A stretch of 63,973 bases of DNA, the filler included, from an uncultured Methanosarcinales archaeon (lineage in GTDB: Archaea; Nanobdellota; Nanobdellia; Woesearchaeales; B54-G15), in the NCBI GenBank assembly GCA_964519225.1. It is 5 parts of 5 records of this genome, joined end to end, with 100 filler letters (N's around TTAATTAATTAA, not from the genome) between each part and the next. Parts side by side here need not be neighbours in the genome. Positions count along the whole stretch, not along the records: positions 14,652 to 29,062 come from CAZFJK010000018.1; positions 29,163 to 43,467 come from CAZFJK010000019.1; 3 more parts are not named here. One strand, 5' to 3'. The translations under genes were made by a program, and so were the position numbers. Positions 27,947 to 36,397 of this stretch are shown here, piece after piece; position 1 is the first letter of the stretch; each line of letters begins with the position of its first letter. The notes beneath the pieces were generated by a model. It was not told the origin of the DNA and made no database searches. It worked only from the letters and a program-made list of their open reading frames with translations.

Positions 27947-28405
27947 TTAGCCGAGATATGCCAATTCTTCTTTAAGTTCTGTTTCTTTTGTCCAGCTTTT
28001 TGCTGATTTTTCAATGATCCATGTGCTTTCTTTTTTAATAGTTTTCCATTTTTGCCAAACGAGTTTTATATAGTCAGCTGTTTTTCGGTCAGTTTCATCT
28101 ATTGCGGTTAGCATGTTCTGGCGTAATAAGTAAAGAATAGTTCTGAACAAAGAGTAGATTTTTTCTCTTTCTTTGTCTGTGAATGTGCGTGATTCGTGCA
28201 TATCGATGAAATCTGCTTCTGGGAACAAGATTTGTTTTAGAAATTTTGACAGTGCTGAAAGTTTGTCATAGATTTTTCTTCTAACTTCACGAAGAAAAAA
28301 ATGTTCGTTCTCTATTGTGCTAAGTTCAAATTCGTTATTTATCGCATTAAACTCTGGAAGATTGTACTTCTGTTTAAGGTGTTGATAAATTTTTTTAGCA
28401 TCCAT
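27947..28405 (-). CDS. Hypothetical helical protein
   Basis: 152 aa, tightly packed between the NUDIX gene and adk. Confidence 0.75.
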   Translation of the reverse strand: MDAKKIYQHLKQKYNLPEFNAINNEFELSTIENEHFFLREVRRKIYDKLSALSKFLKQILFPEADFIDMHESRTFTDKEREKIYSLFRTILYLLRQNMLTAIDETDRKTADYIKLVWQKWKTIKKESTWIIEKSAKSWTKETELKEELAYLG

Positions 28406-28406
28406 T

Positions 28407-29030
28407 TTATAATTTTTCTAAATATACTTCAACTGGCTTTAGGGCTATAGTTGACCAATCCTCCATATCTGCGTTTTCATGAATGTATTTTAGTTCGTCT
28501 ATAGTAGCCATTTCGCTGAAATGTATTTCCTTTCCTTTTGGGGTTATATCTTTTTCGGTTTCAGCTATGTAAAGCAAACCGAAATGAACACTGCTAACAG
28601 GTGTTTTATCATAATTTATATAACCGATTAGTTTCAGGTTAAAGTTGCTCGTGCCGAGTTCTTCTTCTAGTTCCCTACGTACGCTTGCTTCGATCGGATT
28701 TGCCTCATTTGATTCTTTATCCTGTAAATCAACATGGCCACCAAAGCCAAAAGAGAATTTGCCCCTTAAACGAGCTTCTGCAACGTTTTCTTTCTTTTTG
28801 CTTCTCTGATATAGCAAAACTTTTTTTGTATGAGGGTTAAGAACAACAACATAGCCAATTGGTTGCTTGTATTCTGGTTTTGTTTCCATCAAATCGCGTT
28901 CATGCCACTCCTGATTTTGAAGAATTCTTTTAATGAAATCTGTTTCTTCGCTGTGCTCTTTAAATCCCTCAAAATAAGAGTTGTTGGAAAACAAGATTTC
29001 TCTTCTTACAACCATTATTTTTCTTTTCAT
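28407..29030 (-). CDS. NUDIX-family hydrolase
   Basis: YKQPIGY; GFGGHV...RRELEEELG Nudix box; VHFGL. Confidence 0.88.
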   Translation of the reverse strand: MKRKIMVVRREILFSNNSYFEGFKEHSEETDFIKRILQNQEWHERDLMETKPEYKQPIGYVVVLNPHTKKVLLYQRSKKKENVAEARLRGKFSFGFGGHVDLQDKESNEANPIEASVRRELEEELGTSNFNLKLIGYINYDKTPVSSVHFGLLYIAETEKDITPKGKEIHFSEMATIDELKYIHENADMEDWSTIALKPVEVYLEKL

Positions 29031-29050
29031 TTTTATGACCTCTTTAAAAA

Positions 29051-29062
29051 AGCCTCCGGTGG
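29051..29062 (-). tRNA. Possible 3' end of a tRNA (Thr/Cys-like, U73) cut by the contig end
   Basis: Minus strand CCACCGGAGGCT followed by a T-run resembles a T-stem/acceptor 3' strand. Only 12 nt are visible. Confidence 0.35.
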
Positions 29063-29162
29063 NNNNNNNNNNNNNNNNNNNNNNNNNNNNNNNNNNNNNN
29101 NNNNNNTTAATTAATTAANNNNNNNNNNNNNNNNNNNNNNNNNNNNNNNNNNNNNNNNNNNN
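29063..29162. other. Artificial contig linker
   Basis: N-run + TTAATTAATTAA + N-run. Confidence 0.98.
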
Positions 29163-29393
29163 AGAGGATTGCACAGGCAGAATACAAGGCAAGTGATGGT
29201 AGAAGTTGAAGGTATTGATAGCAAGGATAAAGCTGCGAAGCTTGTCGGAAAGAAAGTTATTTGGAAAACACCGACTGGAAAAGAGATCGTTGGTGAAATT
29301 AGAGCTCCTCATGGAAATAAAGGCAGGGTTAGAGTTCTTTTTGAAAAAGGACTGCCTGGTCAGGCTATAGGGAATAAGGTGGAGATAAAATAA
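29163..29393 (+). CDS. rpl35ae: 50S ribosomal protein L35Ae, 5'-truncated
   Basis: LVGKKVIWK..TGK...G.I.APHGNKGRVRV.FEKGLPGQAIG. Confidence 0.92.
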   Translation, partial: RGLHRQNTRQVMVEVEGIDSKDKAAKLVGKKVIWKTPTGKEIVGEIRAPHGNKGRVRVLFEKGLPGQAIGNKVEIK

Positions 29394-29421
29394 ATTTTAG
29401 AAAGAAAGAACAAGAAAATTT

Positions 29422-29559
29422 CTAAGGACACTTAAACGGTCCTGGGATAACGCCTTTGTACATTAAAATGATTAATATTGCTCCTAATGCAAAGCCGATT
29501 AAAAAGCCCATGAAAGCCGGACCTGCGCACATAAAAAATTGTCCTAGTTTTCCTTTCAT
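29422..29559 (-). CDS. 45-aa single-TM microprotein with a class III-like leader
   Basis: Not in the ORF track. GAGGTGA SD followed by MKGKLGQFFMCAGPAFMGFLIGFALGAILIILMYKGVIPGPFKCP*. Confidence 0.7.
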   Translation of the reverse strand: MKGKLGQFFMCAGPAFMGFLIGFALGAILIILMYKGVIPGPFKCP

Positions 29560-29700
29560 TGAACATCACCTCTTTTTCGATAAGAAAAAAGGTAGAGTAT
29601 AAAAAATTTCCTTTTAAACAGATAGGCAAAGATAGGCACCATGTTAGGGATTAGCTTAATCAGGCTTTTCTTTGCTTTATTTTTCTTTGCTTTATCCTTT

Positions 29701-30393
29701 TTATCTTATAAGAACTTCTTTGAAATATGGCTTTGCAATAGCTGTAAATTCTGTAAGTTTTTCTTTAGATAAAGGCTTTTCGTTTAAAAACTTGGTGCCA
29801 ACTAGCTTTTCTCTTGGAATAAATGGTTGCAGACAATATCTTTTTGCATTGCCGATGAATTCGCATATTGCTTTTATGTCTGATTTTGTGAAGCACGGTA
29901 GAACAGTAGTCCTGAATTCATAATCAATACGCGACTGCTTAATCAATTCGATAGATTGTTTGATGATTTTTGGATCTGCTGATGATGTTTTGCACAAATC
30001 AAGATATTTTTCAGGAGGGGCTTTTACGTCCATAGCTATATAGTCTATCATACCAGAATTAATTGCGTTCTTTAGTTCTTTTGGCAAAGAACCATTTGTA
30101 TCGAGCTTTACCCGAAAGCCAAGGGATTTTATTTTTCTTGCAAATTCTATCAAGTCTCGCTGAAGCAATGGCTCGCCGCCAGTGATGCAAACACCATCGA
30201 TCCATTCGCGCTTTGATTTTAGGAAATTAAAGATTTCATCTTCGGAAATTGTTGGCAATGATTCTGGTTCAAGCACAAGTTGCCAGTTATGGCAGAACTC
30301 GCATCGAAAATTACATCCTGGAGTAAAGACAACACTAACACAATATGGTGGCCAATCTACAAGTGATGTTTGTTCAAAGCCCTTTATGAGAAT
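29701..30393 (-). CDS. nrdG: Anaerobic RNR activating radical-SAM enzyme
   Basis: The frame extends upstream of the track's start through (M)LIKGFEQTSLVDWP...GCNFRCEFCHN (CxxxCxxC). Also ITGGEP, KLDTNG and YEFRTT. Apparent ATT start at 30393. Confidence 0.9.
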   Translation of the reverse strand: MLIKGFEQTSLVDWPPYCVSVVFTPGCNFRCEFCHNWQLVLEPESLPTISEDEIFNFLKSKREWIDGVCITGGEPLLQRDLIEFARKIKSLGFRVKLDTNGSLPKELKNAINSGMIDYIAMDVKAPPEKYLDLCKTSSADPKIIKQSIELIKQSRIDYEFRTTVLPCFTKSDIKAICEFIGNAKRYCLQPFIPREKLVGTKFLNEKPLSKEKLTEFTAIAKPYFKEVLIR

Positions 30394-30399
30394 TTTATC

Positions 30400-30705
30400 T
30401 CACCTTTGATTTAGTTCGCGCAGTGAAGCATGTTCTGTTATTCTCTTAACTTCACCGAGTGAATTTGCTGCATTGATTAGGTTTTCTTTATCGTCGAAAA
30501 AGAGAACAACAGGGATGCATACGCTTCCATCAGGATTGTGCTTTATCTGCTCTTTTATTTTATTGTATATTCTCTTGAACTCGTCCATGCCTTCAATAGT
30601 TGCGATGTTGTAAAGCTTGTATGGAATGTTTTTCTCATCGAAGTAGCGCTTGATATCTATGCATTTATCGCAGCTTGGCATAACGAAAAGGATTGTTTTT
30701 TTCAT
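30400..30705 (-). CDS. Glutaredoxin/NrdH-like redoxin
   Basis: N-terminal CDKC motif and later IPV (cis-Pro); lies between nrdD and nrdG. Confidence 0.8.
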   Translation of the reverse strand: MKKTILFVMPSCDKCIDIKRYFDEKNIPYKLYNIATIEGMDEFKRIYNKIKEQIKHNPDGSVCIPVVLFFDDKENLINAANSLGEVKRITEHASLRELNQR

Positions 30706-30706
30706 T

Positions 30707-33700
30707 TTAGGCTGGTGTTTTTGCTATTGCTTTTTCGATCTTGCTTGGAAAACCTTCTTTCAGAAGCGGTTTGTAATCAAATGTTTTTCTAAACTTGAAT
30801 TCTTCTTGCTTTCCTGCATTCCAGTTCTGCACAGGTCTGAAATAACCAACAATTCTGCTGTAAACTTCTGTTGGTTTTCCGCAGCGAGGACACTGCCAAT
30901 GTTCGCCGCGTAAATATCCGTGAACTTTGCAGATTGAAAATGTCGGCGTAATGCTGAAATAAGGCAGTCTAGTGTTATATGCAATTTTTTTAACTAAGCG
31001 TTTGCATGATTCACCACTTTCAACCCTTTCGCCAAGGAATGTATGGAAGATTGTTCCTCCTGTGTAAAGTGGCTGAATATCGTTTTGATGGTCTAATGCA
31101 AAGAGAAGATCTTTTGTTTTATCAACTGGAAGCTGCGTACTGTTTGTCAGGAATGGAGTTTTATCGCCTGAAACAATTATATCTTTGTACATCTTTTTAT
31201 CGAGCATTGCAAGCCTGAAGGCTGCGCTTTCTGCAGGGGTTGCTTCAAGGTTATAGAGGTTTCCTGTTTCTTGTTGGAATTCGAGTATTTTCTCACGCAT
31301 GAATTTTAACACAGTTATTGTGAAGCGCTTACTTCCTTGAGTTGATATATCTTCACCGCGGAAATTGAGGCATGCTTCGTTCATTCCGACTAAGCCAATA
31401 GTGCTAAAATGATTTCTAAATGTTCCAAGATAAACTTTTGTATAAGGCATTAAACCGCGCTGAAGATTCTGCTCAATTATTTTTCTTTTTATTTCGAGGC
31501 TATCTTTTGCAAGAATCATATACTGTTCAAGTTTTTCAAAAAATTCAGATTCTGATTTTGCTTCATAGCCGATTCTGTTCATATTGATTGTAACAACACC
31601 GATGCTGCCAGTGCTGTCGCCCATGCTCCACATACCGCCTGGCCTGTTCATTAATTGCGTTAGGTCCATGTTTAAGCGACAGCAATTATGCGTGATCGTA
31701 CCTAAAGAATGGACAAAGAGATGGTTTTTTTCAAGTTCTATGTCATAAAAAGTTATTGGTTCTTCTAAAAATTCAATTTCTATATTTTCTACCTGGACTG
31801 TAGCAGCATCTCCATTAAGAATTTTCAATGCTGTTTCTGTAAAGCCACCAAAGCGCTTTAGCATATTAAAACCGATTGTTTTATGAGCGTGTTTGAATAG
31901 ATATCTTCTATCCCCAGAAACTGTGGAATAATTTATACAGAAATTCGGTATTCTGTCGTATAGAATATCTCTATGTACCTTATTCTCGGATCCTCTTCCA
32001 TTACTGTGCTGCAGCCTTATTACCTGAGATTTTTCTTTTGATCTAATTGTTGTTGGAATTCCTGTTAAAGAATAAAGCATTGTCAGGTCTCTGGCAAGAA
32101 GCTCATCTTTAATATGAAGTTCATTGCCTTTTTTATAACCGTCTCCTGTGAAAAATCCATTCAAGAATGCACGAATAACTTTAGTAGGTGAATTGAATAT
32201 TGCATCTGGCAATCTCCCATATTTGTTAAATCCTGCTTTAATGCACGCATTCGAGAACTTCGTATGGTAAAGGTAAACATAAACTGAGTTATACCTGCTA
32301 TCTTGTTTGATGATAACATCTTTATTTAGAACTTCTCTTGCTATTTTTTTGATGAGTTGAATCAGTTCTTTTTCTTCTTTGTTAAAAGTAAATTGCATAC
32401 CTTTTGCTTTTGTTTTTGTTTTATCATAGTAAAGGTAATTTCCATCTGCAGTGAACAATCCGAGTAGAAAAGCTAGTTTTTCATCGAGTTTCCATTCTTC
32501 GATGTACTGGTAACTGTTGTTTAAAACCTTGCTCGCGTTTCTAAGAACGAACAGAAAATTTCCTTTTTTTATTTCGTGAGCAAATTTAAGTTCAATACCC
32601 TCTTTTGTTAAAACAGGTATTAAATGATCTGAGGATAGTTTTATTGTTTTTCCGTCGGATGTTGTTATTTTAGCTAGTTCTTTTCCTTTTTTCTTTAGGA
32701 ATTTGGTTATCCTAACCCACTCTACTTTTAGAGATTCTGGATCCAAACTTAGAATTTCAATTTTATTTCTAGGCGCTGACCAGAAGAAATCAATAGGTTG
32801 GCTTGGATAATGGCACAATTCCTTTATTGTCACGCGTCTAATATTGTTATCTATGCGGATGATAACCTCTTCATCTGGATGGAGACACATCGCGTAAATG
32901 CTTCTAGGATTTAAGCCGCTACCGATGTAGTTCTGAAAATATGGGCTGCCGTATTTTGCAGTTGCTTCAAATAGCATATCAGCTATTTCGCTGTTCCAAT
33001 CGAAGTCTTTTGTTAGATTATATGTTGGTATTGGAAATGTGAATATCTTTCCATGAGCATCGCCTTCAGAAAGAACTTCTAGAAATGCCTTATTCAGGAT
33101 GCTCATTTCGTCTTGACATTCAGCATAGGTAAACGGCATTCTTTTGCCTCCAACAATGGCTTTTTCATCTTGCATAAAATCAGGAACAACCAAGTCGAAT
33201 GTTAAATTTGAGAACGGATACTGTGCGCCCCACCTTGAAGGAATGTTTAAACCATAAACAAGTTCCTGGATGCATTGTTTAACTTCTTTGTAGCTCAAAT
33301 TATCTACTTTTATGAAAGGAGCAAGTAAAGTATCGACGCCGCTGAATGCCTGTGCACCAGCAAATTCCATTTGCAAGCACCCTATGTAATTAACCATGTG
33401 TCTGATGACTGTGCTGAGATGTTTTGCTGGTCTTGCTTCTGTTTTATTTCTGACTCCGCCAAAACCCATAAGAAGCAGGTTCTTGAGAGAATGACCACAG
33501 CAATAACCAATGATTGGATGACCTAGGTCATGAATGTGCATATAGCCTAGCTTATGAGCCATGCTTATCTGCGGAGGATATATCTCGTTTAATGCATAGG
33601 TTGCCATAACTTTTCCTGAGACATACAAAACAAGACCTGAAAATGAGAATTCTTCATTGCTGTTTTCTTTTACGCGCCAGTCACGCTGATGGATGTAAGC

Positions 33701-34180
33701 TGTAATTGCATCGCTTACGTCAAGCATTGCAAGTTTTGCTTCGCGTTGTCGCGCTCTTGTTTCTCTATAAAGAATAAATGCCTTTGCTGTTTTTGCATGA
33801 CCTTCTTTAATTAAGACCTGCTCTATTGTGTCTGAAACATCTTCTACAGAAGGGATATTTGCTTCATCAAAGCGCTGATTTAGGTTTTCAATGACTTTTT
33901 CTGCAAGTCTCGTAGCGAGTTCTCTGTCTTTTCCGCCAACTGATTGTGCTGCTTTGAAAATAGCTTCGATTATTTTTTCTTTTTTGAATGGAACAAGCCT
34001 GCCATCACGCTTTTTGACAAAAGGAATCTTTATGCCTTTTTCTGCCTCAAGTCTTTCATAGGTTGTGAATCTTTTGCCGCAGTCAAGGCATTCACGTCTG
34101 CGTCGATTAGCAAAATCGTCTTCTGCAAAGCGCTTGTCAATGACTTTTGTTTTTTCAGAACCGCAAAAAGGGCATTTCAT
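30707..34180 (-). CDS. nrdD: Class III ribonucleoside-triphosphate reductase with N-terminal NrdR-type Zn ribbon, ATP cone and an intein
   Basis: MKCPFCG...RRRRECLDCGKRFTTYER; ATP cone VKKRDG...AKAFILYR; HIHDL, YCCG, AM|...|CCRL, EATPAES; glycyl-radical loop YSRIVGY. Confidence 0.95.
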   Translation of the reverse strand: MKCPFCGSEKTKVIDKRFAEDDFANRRRRECLDCGKRFTTYERLEAEKGIKIPFVKKRDGRLVPFKKEKIIEAIFKAAQSVGGKDRELATRLAEKVIENLNQRFDEANIPSVEDVSDTIEQVLIKEGHAKTAKAFILYRETRARQREAKLAMLDVSDAITAYIHQRDWRVKENSNEEFSFSGLVLYVSGKVMATYALNEIYPPQISMAHKLGYMHIHDLGHPIIGYCCGHSLKNLLLMGFGGVRNKTEARPAKHLSTVIRHMVNYIGCLQMEFAGAQAFSGVDTLLAPFIKVDNLSYKEVKQCIQELVYGLNIPSRWGAQYPFSNLTFDLVVPDFMQDEKAIVGGKRMPFTYAECQDEMSILNKAFLEVLSEGDAHGKIFTFPIPTYNLTKDFDWNSEIADMLFEATAKYGSPYFQNYIGSGLNPRSIYAMCLHPDEEVIIRIDNNIRRVTIKELCHYPSQPIDFFWSAPRNKIEILSLDPESLKVEWVRITKFLKKKGKELAKITTSDGKTIKLSSDHLIPVLTKEGIELKFAHEIKKGNFLFVLRNASKVLNNSYQYIEEWKLDEKLAFLLGLFTADGNYLYYDKTKTKAKGMQFTFNKEEKELIQLIKKIAREVLNKDVIIKQDSRYNSVYVYLYHTKFSNACIKAGFNKYGRLPDAIFNSPTKVIRAFLNGFFTGDGYKKGNELHIKDELLARDLTMLYSLTGIPTTIRSKEKSQVIRLQHSNGRGSENKVHRDILYDRIPNFCINYSTVSGDRRYLFKHAHKTIGFNMLKRFGGFTETALKILNGDAATVQVENIEIEFLEEPITFYDIELEKNHLFVHSLGTITHNCCRLNMDLTQLMNRPGGMWSMGDSTGSIGVVTINMNRIGYEAKSESEFFEKLEQYMILAKDSLEIKRKIIEQNLQRGLMPYTKVYLGTFRNHFSTIGLVGMNEACLNFRGEDISTQGSKRFTITVLKFMREKILEFQQETGNLYNLEATPAESAAFRLAMLDKKMYKDIIVSGDKTPFLTNSTQLPVDKTKDLLFALDHQNDIQPLYTGGTIFHTFLGERVESGESCKRLVKKIAYNTRLPYFSITPTFSICKVHGYLRGEHWQCPRCGKPTEVYSRIVGYFRPVQNWNAGKQEEFKFRKTFDYKPLLKEGFPSKIEKAIAKTPA
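31685..32887 (-). mobile_element. Intein with LAGLIDADG endonuclease (401 aa) in NrdD
   Basis: Starts CLHPDE; LLGLFTADG and FLNGFFTGDG; ends FYDIEL...THN followed by +1 Cys. Confidence 0.93.
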
Positions 34181-34211
34181 TTGCTACACCTCTTTTTTCA
34201 CTTTTAAATGA

Positions 34212-34227
34212 ACACAACATATAGTAT
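34212..34227. promoter_or_regulatory. NrdR box 1 (imperfect)
   Basis: ACACAACATATAGTAT matches the NrdR consensus acaCwAtATaTwGtgt. Confidence 0.8.
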
Positions 34228-34243
34228 TGGGATGGTTAGCTAA

Positions 34244-34259
34244 ACACAATATATTGTGT
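34244..34259. promoter_or_regulatory. NrdR box 2 (perfect palindrome)
   Basis: ACACAATATATTGTGT, extending to a 20-bp palindrome at 34242-34261; starts 32 bp from box 1. Confidence 0.88.
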
Positions 34260-34300
34260 TTGGATATTGTTGGAAAGGTATGTTAAGAAAACACAGGTTG

Positions 34301-34316
34301 TTTATATCTATTTCTG
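34301..34316 (-). promoter_or_regulatory. Candidate BRE/TATA promoter of the nrd operon
   Basis: Minus strand CAGAAATAGATATAAA, about 40 nt upstream of box 2. Confidence 0.45.
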
Positions 34317-34358
34317 TATAAAGAAATATATTTTATGAAGATTAGGAAGAAGTCGCTG

Positions 34359-35555
34359 TTAGAAAAAGGAAAAATACCATGCTATTGTGGGCAATAAAAG
34401 GCATCCCATTGCTGTTGTTCTTTGAATCTGCCAGATATTTGCTAATAAGCCTATTGCGGTTGAAATAATTAGTAAAAGAACTCCAATCGGTCCTGAAATA
34501 TAAAAAGAAGCGATGAAAAGGAAAATAATCAAAGAGAGATTTAAAATTGAATAGTTTAGCTTGTTTATGGTTTTTATTGCGATGTTTGTTGAGAAAATGG
34601 CTATTAAAACTGCAAATCCTGATGCGATAAGTGCAGTTATTGTTAAAATCGTCAGAAATCTTGCATCTACAAATACGATCTTTGATAATGCAAGAATAGC
34701 ACCATTTCTTGCTTTTCCTAAGCAGTAAAGGAAAAGAGCACTTGAAAACATTGCTATTGTATTAATTGCTCCAAGCATCAATAAATATGCTCTCTGACTG
34801 ATTTTTTTGATAAGCTGTGTAGAAATAACAGCAGCTATAGCAGGACTGATTGCAGGAAATACTGTTATCATTGTACTGCTGCAAAATGCTCCGAACAATG
34901 CCTTTACTAATTCAATACGCTTGATAGGGATGTGTTTCTTTTTCTGCTGTGGAATTCTTGTTTTTTTAAAAAGACTGAATGTCAAAAGGCTACATCCAAA
35001 AAGGCCTGATAGCATTGGAAAAAGCGGCTGGTCTATTCTTGGTGTGCTTAATGCAATAAAACCAAGTAAACCAGAGGCTATGAATATGAAAAGCGCTTTT
35101 AATCGTCTTTGGCTTTTTACAATAATAAAGATTGAAATGAAAGCAAGGATAAAACCGATTAATGGTAAAGCAAAGTTATAGATGTGTTTGATAGCTATTA
35201 AAAGAAAGGGCATTACTCCGATAGTTAAAAGCAGTCCAAGAAAAGAACCAATAACAGTATACCTGATAGCATCGTAGCCATAGCCTTTTAGCAAAAGCCT
35301 GTGTCCTGGCAGAGCTGCTAAAGCCATATCAGATTCTGGTGCTCCCAGAAGTATAGAAGGTATTGCATTAAGAAAGGTATGTGTTATTGACATTGCAAAG
35401 ATAAATATTGCAAGATAGATAGGATTAATATGGATAAGGTAGGTTATAGCAAAGATTGAAATGAGATTGATATGTAATCCAGGAATGAGTCCTGTAAATG
35501 TTCCAACCAGTATTCCAAGTAAAATGGATAAAATGGCTGGAATGAAATCTATCAT
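34359..35555 (-). CDS. TctA / DUF112 family membrane protein
   Basis: GTFTGLIPGLHIN, THTFLNAIPSILLGAP, LPGHRLLLKG and ARNG motifs. Confidence 0.88.
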   Translation of the reverse strand: MIDFIPAILSILLGILVGTFTGLIPGLHINLISIFAITYLIHINPIYLAIFIFAMSITHTFLNAIPSILLGAPESDMALAALPGHRLLLKGYGYDAIRYTVIGSFLGLLLTIGVMPFLLIAIKHIYNFALPLIGFILAFISIFIIVKSQRRLKALFIFIASGLLGFIALSTPRIDQPLFPMLSGLFGCSLLTFSLFKKTRIPQQKKKHIPIKRIELVKALFGAFCSSTMITVFPAISPAIAAVISTQLIKKISQRAYLLMLGAINTIAMFSSALFLYCLGKARNGAILALSKIVFVDARFLTILTITALIASGFAVLIAIFSTNIAIKTINKLNYSILNLSLIIFLFIASFYISGPIGVLLLIISTAIGLLANIWQIQRTTAMGCLLLPTIAWYFSFF

Positions 35556-35570
35556 TATTTTATTTTTAGA

Positions 35571-35927
35571 TTATTTTTGAATTATGCTATAAGCTACGAT
35601 TTGGGTTCTGTTTTGGAATGATTCCACCTTTCCATTGATTGAAATATAGTCGCCTTCTTTTATGTCGAGATTCGGCTTGTTTTTGAAGACAACAATTTCT
35701 GTTTCCTTTGGTTCAAGCAAGGTGATTATTGCTATTCTTTCTTTTTGTTCTATCTTGCTGACAACGCCTTCTACTGATACTGATTTTCCAAGCAGCTGCG
35801 TTGGTTTTTCTTCAAGTTGATAAATGCTAATTTTACTTAGTTCTAAAGATTGTGTAAGAAAGTAAAGGAGTAATAAGCCAAGAATAACCACAATGATGGA
35901 AAATAAAATTAAAGTTTTTTCTTGCAT
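35571..35927 (-). CDS. Membrane-anchored OB-fold protein
   Basis: N-terminal TM; VSVEGVV...GDYISINGKV pattern. Confidence 0.75.
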   Translation of the reverse strand: MQEKTLILFSIIVVILGLLLLYFLTQSLELSKISIYQLEEKPTQLLGKSVSVEGVVSKIEQKERIAIITLLEPKETEIVVFKNKPNLDIKEGDYISINGKVESFQNRTQIVAYSIIQK

Positions 35928-36003
35928 GCCTGTGTTTTTTCTTAATCCTATTTTTAAATTTATTTAGAAAGGATTTTATATTTTTGTTGTTTTCTGCTAG
36001 GAC

Positions 36004-36396
36004 ATGCACGTTGAAGAAGTAATGCATAAGGTTGAAACAATAGATGAAAATGCTGATGTCAAGACAGCAGCTGATTTGATGGCTAAAAAACAGATCGGGA
36101 GTCTTGTTGTTTTAAAAAGAGGAAAGGTTGTTGGAATAATAACAGAAAGAGATTTTCTCGAACGGGTTGTTAGATCAGGAAAAGCAGGAAAGAAAAAGTT
36201 GAAAGTGAAAGACATAATGTCAAAGAACATTGTAAGCATAACGCCCGAGGCATTGCTTGAAGATGCGGCTGCATTAATGACTAGACACAAAATTAAAAGA
36301 CTTCCTGTTGTTAAAAATGGGCGCTTGGTTGGAATAATTACTGCTAGTGATATCATTGCAAATGCTGAAAGCATAGGAGAGCTATCTTTGTTTTAG
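36004..36396 (+). CDS. CBS-domain pair protein
   Basis: IGSLVV...VGIITERD and IKRLPVV...LVGIITASD. Confidence 0.93.
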   Translation: MHVEEVMHKVETIDENADVKTAADLMAKKQIGSLVVLKRGKVVGIITERDFLERVVRSGKAGKKKLKVKDIMSKNIVSITPEALLEDAAALMTRHKIKRLPVVKNGRLVGIITASDIIANAESIGELSLF

Positions 36397-36397
36397 G

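Noticed and set aside
29621..29638. Short direct repeat GATAGGCA x2
   Set aside because: Only 8 bp and two copies, with no supporting context.
30400..30402. Selenocysteine or recoded TGA fusing the redoxin to the activase
   Set aside because: The TGA is not at a catalytic position and forms part of an AGGTGA SD. TGA is a normal stop elsewhere in the window, so an ATT start is simpler.
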